From: an uncultured Candidatus Saccharibacteria bacterium
GTDB taxonomy: Bacteria > Patescibacteriota > Saccharimonadia > CAILAD01 > BJGX01
Direction: 5' to 3'
Assembly: GCA_964610335.1 (NCBI GenBank)
Contig: CAZSVP010000003.1
Location: 13,531 to 77,530 of the forward strand
DNA length: 64,000 bases
The position numbers were made by a program, and so were the translations under genes. Every line of letters begins with the position of its first letter. Within the stretch, counting starts at the first letter, position 1. Below, piece after piece: positions 17,734-25,941 of the stretch. Below the pieces are notes generated by a model. It searched no databases, was not told the origin of the DNA, and saw only the letters and a program-made list of their open reading frames with translations.

Positions 17734-18987
17734 ATGAGTAAACAATTTCAGCGTGTCCGTGGCATGCAAGATGTCTTGCCACCGACATCAGAGATCTGGC
17801 AGTACATAATAAGTGAGTTTATAACAGTTTGTGAGCAAGCTGGGTTTAGACGCGCCTATATGCCAAGCTTGGAATTTGCTAGTTTGTTTGAGCGTAGCAT
17901 CGGCGAAGCCACCGAGGTGGTTCACAAGGAGCTGTATCGATTTGAGGATCGTGGCGGCGACATGATTGCTCTCAAGCCTGAGAGTACAGCGGGCATAGTG
18001 CGTAGCTATATCGAGAATGGTCTCAGTAGCTGGCCTAGCCCAGTCAATTTGTTTTGTGTTGAGGCTCATTTTCGATACGATCGCCCGCAGGCAGGGCGCT
18101 ATCGTCAGCATCACCAACTCGATGTTGAGAGTTTTGGGGTTCGCGACCCATATGTTGATGCTTCAACCATTGCTCTAGTCGCGCGATTCTTCGACCGACT
18201 AGGGTTGAGTTATGGGCTTAAGCTCAATACTATCGCTTCTATAACGGAGCGCAAACAGTTTGAGCAAGCTTTGAGTGACTATATGACACCATTTGCCAAG
18301 GATTTGCCAGAACTTACACAGAAACAACTCGCAACCAATCCGCTGCGAGTACTTGATAGCAAGGATAAGAAGGTAAACGAACTGTTAGCAGATGCGCCGA
18401 GTATTCTCAATCACCTAGGCAAGGAATCAAAGGAGTTTTTTGAAACTGTGCTAGAAGCCCTGGAGGCACTAGGTATCAGCTACGAGCTCGATCAACGCTT
18501 GGTGCGGGGCTTGGACTACTACAATGACACGGTTTTTGAATTCAAGGGTAGCACCGAGGGTTCACAAGACTCTATTGGTGGCGGCGGCCGTTATGATGGC
18601 CTAGTGGAAATGCTTGGTGGCCAACCCACACCGGCATTTGGTTTTGGATTGGGCTTAGAAAGAGTAGCATTAGAGCTTCAGCACCAGCAGGCTCTACCAG
18701 ACCTCAGAAAGACACATACTATGTTGATTGTCCTGTCAGATAAGGTGAAGATGGAAGCTTTCAAGTTGCAGCAACACTTGCTCAAACAAGGAGTTGATCT
18801 GATGTCTGACTTTTCTACTCGGGGTTTGAGTACCCAGCTTGCCAAAGCCGACAAGCTTGGTCTAGCAAGGGTAGTAATACTAGGCGAAGATGAGCTCAAA
18901 AACCAAGCAGTTTTGATCCGTGATCTTAAATCTGGCGACCAAGCCAATGTTAAGATTAGCGAATTGGCTGATCACTTGAAGGTTTGA
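17734..18987 (+). CDS. hisS: Histidyl-tRNA synthetase
   Basis: GMQDVLP class II HisRS motif 1 region, …GGGRYDGL… motif 3 and an anticodon-binding C-terminus. The ATG at 17734 is preferred over the track start. Confidence 0.9.
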   Translation: MSKQFQRVRGMQDVLPPTSEIWQYIISEFITVCEQAGFRRAYMPSLEFASLFERSIGEATEVVHKELYRFEDRGGDMIALKPESTAGIVRSYIENGLSSWPSPVNLFCVEAHFRYDRPQAGRYRQHHQLDVESFGVRDPYVDASTIALVARFFDRLGLSYGLKLNTIASITERKQFEQALSDYMTPFAKDLPELTQKQLATNPLRVLDSKDKKVNELLADAPSILNHLGKESKEFFETVLEALEALGISYELDQRLVRGLDYYNDTVFEFKGSTEGSQDSIGGGGRYDGLVEMLGGQPTPAFGFGLGLERVALELQHQQALPDLRKTHTMLIVLSDKVKMEAFKLQQHLLKQGVDLMSDFSTRGLSTQLAKADKLGLARVVILGEDELKNQAVLIRDLKSGDQANVKISELADHLKV

Positions 18988-19058
18988 TCTTGTCAATTTT
19001 GACTATTTCTTCTATAATAGGGCGATACTAACAACACCTAAGGAGGTGACAGTACTAC

Positions 19059-19265
19059 ATGTTGACCGTAATTCGCAAAGACGATGAGTCTAGTGAGAGC
19101 TTGGTTCGCCGATTTAACAAAAAAGTTACCCAATCTGGCATATTGACCGAAGCTCGTCGTAAGAAATATTTCGAAAAGCCAATTAGCAAAACTGAACAGC
19201 GCCAAGTAGCCTTGCGCAAGAAAGTTCGCAAAGATCAAAAAATGCGAGAGATTTTGGGTTACTAA
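19059..19265 (+). CDS. rpsU: 30S ribosomal protein S21
   Basis: Translation MLTVIRKDDESSESLVRRFNKKV...RKKYFEKPISKTEQRQ. An AAGGAGG RBS is present. Confidence 0.9.
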   Translation: MLTVIRKDDESSESLVRRFNKKVTQSGILTEARRKKYFEKPISKTEQRQVALRKKVRKDQKMREILGY

Positions 19266-19714
19266 TGGATCAACTTTCGCTCGATCAGCTTGAAAGTGAC
19301 CTCAAAGACGCCATGCGCGAACGGGATAAGATCCGTTTGACAGTGTTACGTTTGCTCAAGAGCGCGCTTAAGAATTATGAGATTGAAGTTGGACATGAGC
19401 TAAGTTCCCAAGAGATTTTGGGTGTGTTACAAAAAGAAGCCAAAAAGCGTCAAGAAGCCGCCGAAGCTTACGAAAAAGCCGGTAGAGAAGAACAGGCCCA
19501 GGAGGAACGCGCCGAGCTCAAAGCTATTGATCACTATCTCCCAGATCAAATGAGCGAAGCAGATGTTAAGAAAGTAGTCGCAGAAGTAGTTGCCGCCGCG
19601 CCTGCTGATCAGCGACAGATGGGGCCACTTATTGGTCAAGTTCGCGCCAAGACTCAGGGGCAGGCCGACGGCGCACTGATTGCTCGCTTGGTTCAAGAAC
19701 AACTTAATTCTTAA
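19265..19714 (+). CDS. GatB/YqeY domain protein
   Basis: Translation LKDAMRERDKIRLTVLRLLKSALKN...EAKKRQEAAEAYEKAGREE. It follows rpsU, a common arrangement. Confidence 0.8.
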   Translation: MDQLSLDQLESDLKDAMRERDKIRLTVLRLLKSALKNYEIEVGHELSSQEILGVLQKEAKKRQEAAEAYEKAGREEQAQEERAELKAIDHYLPDQMSEADVKKVVAEVVAAAPADQRQMGPLIGQVRAKTQGQADGALIARLVQEQLNS

Positions 19715-19726
19715 ACGTACTACACA

Positions 19727-20176
19727 ATGGCTACCAATACTATTGAACTGAAGTTTGATGACCAAACTGGTCAATCAGTGGATATCGACCAGTTTCAGCA
19801 GCTAGCTAATCTTGCTAGTGTAGAGCTTGAATTGCCACCAAGTATTACGCTTCGGTTTGTTGGCAAATCCAGCATGCAGCGCATGAACAAATACAGCAGC
19901 GGTAATGACTATGTGACTGACGTATTAAGCATCAATTATGCCGAAGCTGCAGATTTACTCCCCAATGAAGTCCCCTCTGAGATTGTAATCTGCCCCGAGG
20001 CGGCTGCCAGTAATGCCAAAAAGGCACACCACGGCCTAGTAGAAGAGCTCAAGTTACTGTTTGTTCACGGGCTTGTCCACATTGCGGGCTATGATCATGC
20101 CGACACCGAGAGTAAAGTCGAGTTTGATAAGATTGTCAGTGGTATAATAGAAAAAGCCGAGAAGTACAATGATTAG
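19727..20176 (+). CDS. ybeY: rRNA maturation RNase YbeY
   Basis: HGLVHIAGYDH metal-binding motif. Confidence 0.85.
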   Translation: MATNTIELKFDDQTGQSVDIDQFQQLANLASVELELPPSITLRFVGKSSMQRMNKYSSGNDYVTDVLSINYAEAADLLPNEVPSEIVICPEAAASNAKKAHHGLVEELKLLFVHGLVHIAGYDHADTESKVEFDKIVSGIIEKAEKYND

Positions 20177-20540
20177 ACGCTCACTTGCAACATTTCGATA
20201 TGCTATCAATGGTATAGGTGCACTGTTTCGCACTGAGAAGAATTCTCGAATTCATGCCGTATTTGCTATTTTGGCAGTAGTGCTAGGGTTCGCTCTTCAC
20301 ATTGCGATTTCAGCATTTTTGCTTGTATTTTTTGCAATTGTACTTGTGATATTTGCGGAGGCTGTTAATACAGCCATCGAACGCACGATTGACTTAGTCG
20401 AAACTGACTCCAGCCAAATGGTAAAACTCATCAAAGACATTTCGGCCGGCGCCGTTTTGATAACTGCCATAGCCGCAATATTTTTGGGCGTGGTAGTATT
20501 TGGCGGACGGTTGCTGCAAATTATCGGCTGGGTTTCGTAA
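20169..20540 (+). CDS. dgkA: Diacylglycerol/undecaprenol kinase (DgkA family)
   Basis: Three-TM small protein with the RYAINGIGALFRTEKNSRIH DgkA signature. Confidence 0.75.
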   Translation: MIRRSLATFRYAINGIGALFRTEKNSRIHAVFAILAVVLGFALHIAISAFLLVFFAIVLVIFAEAVNTAIERTIDLVETDSSQMVKLIKDISAGAVLITAIAAIFLGVVVFGGRLLQIIGWVS

Positions 20541-21100
20541 TGTTTGAATTTAAGCGACTAAGCATTGTTTTGGGCAGTCCAGGCGCTGGCAAAGACACAC
20601 AATTGGAGTTACTCGAAGCTCGTGCTAGCGCACAGATTTTATACGTAGGAAGAACGATTCGTGAGGCTGCCAAAACGAACAAAGATATTATGCAACACAT
20701 GAATGCAGGTGGGCTTGTACCCAATGAAATCGTCAATGAAGTGTTCCAACTCAAACTCCAGCAATATAATTCTACAGATTGGATAGTGAGTGATGGTTTC
20801 CCTCGAAGTGTTGAACAAGCAGACTGGCTAGATCAACTGCTCAACCAAGAATTTCGCCACATCGATGAGGTGATATTGCTCGAGATAACCGAGGATGAAG
20901 CCCGCACTAGACTATCAAAACGAACACGTACTGATGACTTGAACACAATAGTTGATCAACGTATGGAAGTATATAATACCCAGACTAAGACCGTTGTTGA
21001 TCACTATGAAAAAGCTGGTTTGCTCAAGCGAGTTGATGGTATGGGTACGGTCGAGCAAGTCTATGGCCGACTGTGTGCGGCGTTTGGGGTGAGCGTATGA
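20540..21100 (+). CDS. adk: Adenylate kinase (short, no zinc LID)
   Basis: P-loop GSPGAGKDTQ and adenylate-kinase motifs GGLVPNEIV and DGFPRSVEQA. Confidence 0.8.
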   Translation: MFEFKRLSIVLGSPGAGKDTQLELLEARASAQILYVGRTIREAAKTNKDIMQHMNAGGLVPNEIVNEVFQLKLQQYNSTDWIVSDGFPRSVEQADWLDQLLNQEFRHIDEVILLEITEDEARTRLSKRTRTDDLNTIVDQRMEVYNTQTKTVVDHYEKAGLLKRVDGMGTVEQVYGRLCAAFGVSV

Positions 21101-21846
21101 TGACACAAGTTAAGACCGCCCAAGAGCAAGCCGACATGCGCCGAAGTGGGCAGATATTGGCGACAATATTGGCTGAATTACAGGCTGCTCTTAAACCGGG
21201 TATTACCACTAAATCGATTGATGATCATGCTCGAAAACTGCTTGAAAAACATCAATCCAAGGCAGCGTTTTTGGGCTATCAAAACTTTCCAGCTGCCATA
21301 TGTATATCGGTAAATGACGAGATTGTGCATGGTATTCCTGGAGCACGGGTAATAGATGAAGGCGACCTAGTTTGTCTTGATTTTGGTGTAAACTACCACG
21401 GTATGATTACTGATGCTGCCGTTACTGTCGGAGTGGGTAAGATTAGTGGTGATGCCGAGCGGTTGCTAAAAGGCGTCAAGGCATCGCTAGATACGGTAAT
21501 CAACTCCTTGCACGATGGTATTCGTGTCGGCGACATAGGCGCCACTATTGAGGCTACTCTGCGTAAATATAATCTGTCTGTAGTAGAGGAGTTGGGCGGT
21601 CATGGCGTGGGCCATGTGGTACACGAAGAACCAATGATCCCCAACTTTGGAGTTGCTGGTACAGGCCAAGCTCTCAAAGCTGGTATGACAATCGCGCTAG
21701 AGCCAATTGCTTCACTTGGTAGTGGTGAGTGCTATATTGCAGCCGACGATTGGACTTTTGTAACATCTGATCACAGCTTATCGGCACAGTTTGAGCATAC
21801 TTTGCTTATAACCGAGCAAGGTGCCGATATATTGACTGCATTATAA
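21097..21846 (+). CDS. map: Methionine aminopeptidase type I
   Basis: Pita-bread motifs …ICISVNDEIVHGIP…, DFGV…GDAERL and GHGVG.. The ATG overlaps the adk stop. Confidence 0.9.
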   Translation: MMTQVKTAQEQADMRRSGQILATILAELQAALKPGITTKSIDDHARKLLEKHQSKAAFLGYQNFPAAICISVNDEIVHGIPGARVIDEGDLVCLDFGVNYHGMITDAAVTVGVGKISGDAERLLKGVKASLDTVINSLHDGIRVGDIGATIEATLRKYNLSVVEELGGHGVGHVVHEEPMIPNFGVAGTGQALKAGMTIALEPIASLGSGECYIAADDWTFVTSDHSLSAQFEHTLLITEQGADILTAL

Positions 21847-21894
21847 GCTTGAGCGTACAGGCAAGCACACAATTGTGTATAATGTAGCTGGATT

Positions 21895-23139
21895 ATGGCA
21901 AGAGCGCGTGAACATCATTTTATAGGCTTAGATATTGGCACCAGTAAGGTGGTGTGTACTGTTGGTGTTAAAAATGTTGAGGCGCCACTACCAAGTATTA
22001 TTGGTTTAGGCGAAAGCCCTACTATCGGTTTGCGTCGTGGAGCGATAGTCGATGTCGAAGAAACAGTCAGCGCCATAACAGCAGCTGTTGAGGAAGCTGA
22101 GCGCATGAGTGGGGTGGCTATCGATCGTGCAACTGTAAGTATTGATGGCACTCATATCAAGATGATCTCATCAGAGGGATCGGTAACGGTTTCTAAGGCC
22201 GATCACGAGATCAGCGCTGAAGATGTAGCTCGGGCCGGCGAGGCAGCTACTAGTCTCACTCTTGAAGCAAATCAACAGATTCTAGACGTTATCCCAGCTG
22301 GCTACACAGTTGACGAGCAGTCCGACATATCTGATCCGATTGGTATGCATGGCAATAAGATCACCGTCCATGCCGAAGTGTTGGTAAGCTCTACACCTGC
22401 CATCAAGAATATAGAAAGTGCCGTATTCCGATCTGGTATACGCATGAACAATCGTGGTCTGGTTGGCTTGGCGGCAGCCCGCGCGGTGCTCAGTAAGCGT
22501 CAGCAAGAACTTGGTGTTGGGTTTATCCATATTGGTGCTGAGACCACGGCAGTGATTGTCTATGAACAGGCCAAACTTTGTCACTGTAAGGTATTACCAA
22601 TCGGTGCTAACCATATTACCAAGGACTTGGTTTATGGTTTGCGTACTAACATGGATATAGCAGAAAAGGTTAAATTGCGCTTTGGTCGTGCTGTGACAGT
22701 GAAGAAAGGCAATCAAGTGATCGATCTGGAATCTGTTGGTGGCAATGGTACTGTAGAACAGTCTGATCTGGATATGATGATTGGTGCCAGGCTCGATGAG
22801 ATGCTGAGTTTGATTGCGGCTGAGTTAGAACATGCCTCCAAGCGGTTTACCAACGATGGTGGGCTTGGTGCCGGCCTGGTATTGTCTGGTGGTGGGTCCA
22901 AGCTCAAGGATATCGCGCCATATTTCCAGAAGAAACTACGTGTGCCTACCAAAGTTGGTCGCGCCGAGCATTTTGGCAGCTTGAGCAATCAGGTAAGTGA
23001 CCCGATGTATGCCACCGCGATCGGTTTGATGCTACTTGATATGGAGTCTCCTCAACAGATGAGCCATCAAAGCATCGGCTCCATTCCGCGACGCGTGATA
23101 GAAGCCGTCAAAACAGTTATCAAGAGTTTGTTGCCGTAA
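21895..23139 (+). CDS. ftsA: Cell division protein FtsA
   Basis: Actin-like ATPase fold (IGLDIGTSKVVCTVG…) directly upstream of ftsZ. Confidence 0.9.
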   Translation: MARAREHHFIGLDIGTSKVVCTVGVKNVEAPLPSIIGLGESPTIGLRRGAIVDVEETVSAITAAVEEAERMSGVAIDRATVSIDGTHIKMISSEGSVTVSKADHEISAEDVARAGEAATSLTLEANQQILDVIPAGYTVDEQSDISDPIGMHGNKITVHAEVLVSSTPAIKNIESAVFRSGIRMNNRGLVGLAAARAVLSKRQQELGVGFIHIGAETTAVIVYEQAKLCHCKVLPIGANHITKDLVYGLRTNMDIAEKVKLRFGRAVTVKKGNQVIDLESVGGNGTVEQSDLDMMIGARLDEMLSLIAAELEHASKRFTNDGGLGAGLVLSGGGSKLKDIAPYFQKKLRVPTKVGRAEHFGSLSNQVSDPMYATAIGLMLLDMESPQQMSHQSIGSIPRRVIEAVKTVIKSLLP

Positions 23140-23423
23140 TCCGGCGCTACTAAAAAGCGATATTTTAGTACTTGATGTCATTATTGAACACAATAAATAT
23201 ATTGCACACATTATTGTGAATACCAAAATAAGATAAGAATTATCAAAAAAAGTTTGAGTAACTAATTGCATCAAAAGATGTGCTCGTCTATACTACGGAG
23301 TAGCTGTTACTAACCTAGTTTAGTAAGGCTGTGGCAAGGCTGCATCTGTAAAACCAGATGAGTGGGCAAGTCCGTGCACGCATGTGACTTGCCAGTAATT
23401 ATGAGTAAAAAAGTGGTACCAAT

Positions 23424-24920
23424 ATGGCAGAGATTCTTCCGGAGATAGAAACATTTGCACGCATCAAAGTCGTGGGCGTGGGCGGAGGTGGCATAAATGC
23501 GCTCAACCGCATGGTTCAGTCCAAACTCCGCGGCATTGATTTTGTGGCCGTCAATACTGACGCCCAAGCTTTGCATTACAGCCAGGCCAACAAGAAAGTC
23601 CACATCGGCAAGGACACCACTCGAGGACTGGGCGCTGGTGCTAATCCTGATATTGGCCGACAAGCAGCAGAAGAATCTCAAGACGAAATATATGAGGCCC
23701 TCAAGAACTCTGAGATGGTTTTTATCACCTGTGGGCTAGGAGGCGGTACTGGAACAGGCGCGGCTCCTGTAATTGCTAAGATTGCCCGTGATATCGGGGC
23801 TTTGACAGTGGCTATCGTCACCAAGCCATTCAACTTTGAGGGTGAGCGCAGGCGACAGGCAGCTGAGAGTGGTATTGCTGAGCTCAAAGACAAGGTTGAC
23901 ACCTTAATAGTTATCCCCAATGATCGAATTTTACAGATTATTGATCGCAAGACTTCGCTACTTGATGCGTTTGGGGTAGTTGATGACGTGTTGCGTCAAG
24001 GTGTCCAAGGTATTGCTGACCTTATAACTGTCAATGGATTGGTCAACTTAGACTTTGCCGATGTTAAATCAATTATGAGCAATGCTGGCTCGGCTCTGAT
24101 GGGTATTGGTCAAGGCAATGGCGACATGCGTGCTATTGACGCTGTTAAGCAAGCCATCGACTCGCCACTTCTGGAAATCTCAGTCGAAGGCGCCAAGGGT
24201 GTATTGATCAACTTTACCGGTGGGCGCGATATGGGTATGCATGAGATCGAAGAGGCTGCCAAGCTTATTCATGATTCGGTCGACCCCGAGGCCAACATTA
24301 TATGGGGTATGGTACTCGATGAGAATCTGACCGGTGAGATACGGGTAACCTTGGTTGCTACTGGATTTGATGACGGCACACCTAACTCGGAAAAACCAAG
24401 TGACGAGCTAAGTCGCAAAGATTTGCGTTCGGTGACAGTCGGCGATATGGTAGATGCTTCCGAAAAGCAACCATCTCCAGAACCGGAGCCTAGCGTAGAA
24501 GTAGCTGAAAAAGCTGAATCTGAGCATAAATCATTCATACCATTCTTATCACGTTCGCAAGATCGTCCTGTCTACGAGACAGATCAGTCAGAACCATTGA
24601 TATCATCTGAACCACCTGTCGCTGAGCCGGTGGAGCCAGAGCTGGAAGTGGCTACAGAAACAATCGAGACCGAAACTGAAACTCCAGAGCGTGAAGAGGT
24701 AGAGTTTTCTTTGGATGAGTCAGTTTTTGACAATGAAAGTCAGCCAGCGCCTAGACCAGTTGAGCCCATGGTAGAACGGGCTACAGAGGCACCAGCTCCA
24801 GAACAGTCCAAAGACGATTACGACAAACCAGCCTTCTTGCGCCGTGGCCTCAAGCTTGGTCGTGGCAAGAAAACGAACGACGACGATGACATTCCTGCGT
24901 TTATTCGCAAGAAGTTATAG
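23424..24920 (+). CDS. ftsZ: Cell division protein FtsZ with a long acidic C-terminal extension
   Basis: Tubulin signature [13 protein letters not shown] and [13 protein letters not shown]. The C-terminal tail is about 170 residues of Glu/Pro-rich sequence ending in a conserved basic peptide. Confidence 0.95.
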   Translation: MAEILPEIETFARIKVVGVGGGGINALNRMVQSKLRGIDFVAVNTDAQALHYSQANKKVHIGKDTTRGLGAGANPDIGRQAAEESQDEIYEALKNSEMVFITCGLGGGTGTGAAPVIAKIARDIGALTVAIVTKPFNFEGERRRQAAESGIAELKDKVDTLIVIPNDRILQIIDRKTSLLDAFGVVDDVLRQGVQGIADLITVNGLVNLDFADVKSIMSNAGSALMGIGQGNGDMRAIDAVKQAIDSPLLEISVEGAKGVLINFTGGRDMGMHEIEEAAKLIHDSVDPEANIIWGMVLDENLTGEIRVTLVATGFDDGTPNSEKPSDELSRKDLRSVTVGDMVDASEKQPSPEPEPSVEVAEKAESEHKSFIPFLSRSQDRPVYETDQSEPLISSEPPVAEPVEPELEVATETIETETETPEREEVEFSLDESVFDNESQPAPRPVEPMVERATEAPAPEQSKDDYDKPAFLRRGLKLGRGKKTNDDDDIPAFIRKKL

Positions 24921-24929
24921 GAGGAGTTA

Positions 24930-25397
24930 GTGCGCTGTCCCGACTGTCATAAATCCGACAGTAAGGTAGTAGAGTCTCGCGACAGCAACACCGAGTTATC
25001 AGGTATTCGGCGTCGACGACAGTGTTTGGCTTGTGGACATCGATTTACTACTTATGAACGAATTGAGCCGGCTCACCTTATGGTGGTCAAAAAAGACGGT
25101 CGTCGTGAGAACTTTGATCGCAATAAGGTAGCTGGTGGGGTATTCCGAGCCTTCGAGAAAAGGCCTTTGCCAGCTGAAAAGATTCATACTCTCATAGATG
25201 GCATTGTGACACAGTTGCGTAATAGTGGTGAAGTGGAAGTACAAAGCACGATGATTGGGGAGTTGGTAATGCAGCATTTAATCAAAGCCGATGATGTTGC
25301 TTACGTTAGATTTGCCAGTGTTTACCGCAGCTTTAGCGACTTGGGCAGTTTTGAGGCCGAGCTGACTCGACTGCGCAATTTGCAAGACAAACAGTAA
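24930..25397 (+). CDS. nrdR: Transcriptional repressor NrdR
   Basis: MRCPDCH…CLACGHRF zinc ribbon plus an ATP-cone. Confidence 0.9.
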   Translation: MRCPDCHKSDSKVVESRDSNTELSGIRRRRQCLACGHRFTTYERIEPAHLMVVKKDGRRENFDRNKVAGGVFRAFEKRPLPAEKIHTLIDGIVTQLRNSGEVEVQSTMIGELVMQHLIKADDVAYVRFASVYRSFSDLGSFEAELTRLRNLQDKQ

Positions 25398-25415
25398 TGC
25401 ATTAGCATAAGTGGT

Positions 25416-25676
25416 ATGAAGATACTACTATTTGCCGATCGTAAGACCGAGGTTGACTCGGCTTGGCAACGTCTCAAGGTAGAGCTTGAACAACGCCACC
25501 TAGCGATTACTCGACTCGACCTCAATACCGCTGATGCTCAAGCCAAGGCCCGGTTGTACGACGTAACCAATCCTGGGACAGTAGTAGTGACACGTGATGA
25601 TGGTGCACCGGTGGCCAGTTGGCGCACTCATTTGCCGAGTGCTGCTGAGATTAGTCATAGCTTGGGTTATATCTAG
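25416..25676 (+). CDS. Hypothetical 86-aa protein
   Basis: ORF with plausible codon usage and no recognisable motif. Confidence 0.35.
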   Translation: MKILLFADRKTEVDSAWQRLKVELEQRHLAITRLDLNTADAQAKARLYDVTNPGTVVVTRDDGAPVASWRTHLPSAAEISHSLGYI

Positions 25677-25699
25677 CTTTACAACTTAGTTACTTTAGG

Positions 25700-25925
25700 A
25701 TATAGTATTGATCAGTAAAGACGTGCAATCAGCGCGAGTGGCTATCACCCACAAGTTCGCCTAAAGGTGAAGCGTCGCAGAAAGAAATCCAACTTGGAGA
25801 TTAGAATCTGCCGGACAAAGCCCCGTTATGGCTAGTTGATTAAGTTTCCCCACAGGGGAAGTCAGATGGTACCGTTCGCCTCCATGGCGAGCTCTGACGC
25901 CGCAAATGTTGCGGTGTTTTTTGTT
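25700..25925 (+). promoter_or_regulatory. Probable T-box riboswitch leader (Ile specifier AUC) controlling ileS
   Basis: T-box-like AGAUGGUACCGUUCG (consensus GGGUGGNACCGCG) immediately before a terminator hairpin ccgcaaatgttgcgg followed by tgtttttt. A candidate specifier loop, gcgagtggctATCAccca, lies upstream. It sits directly 5' of ileS. Confidence 0.5.
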
Positions 25926-25941
25926 AAATAAGGAAACATAT

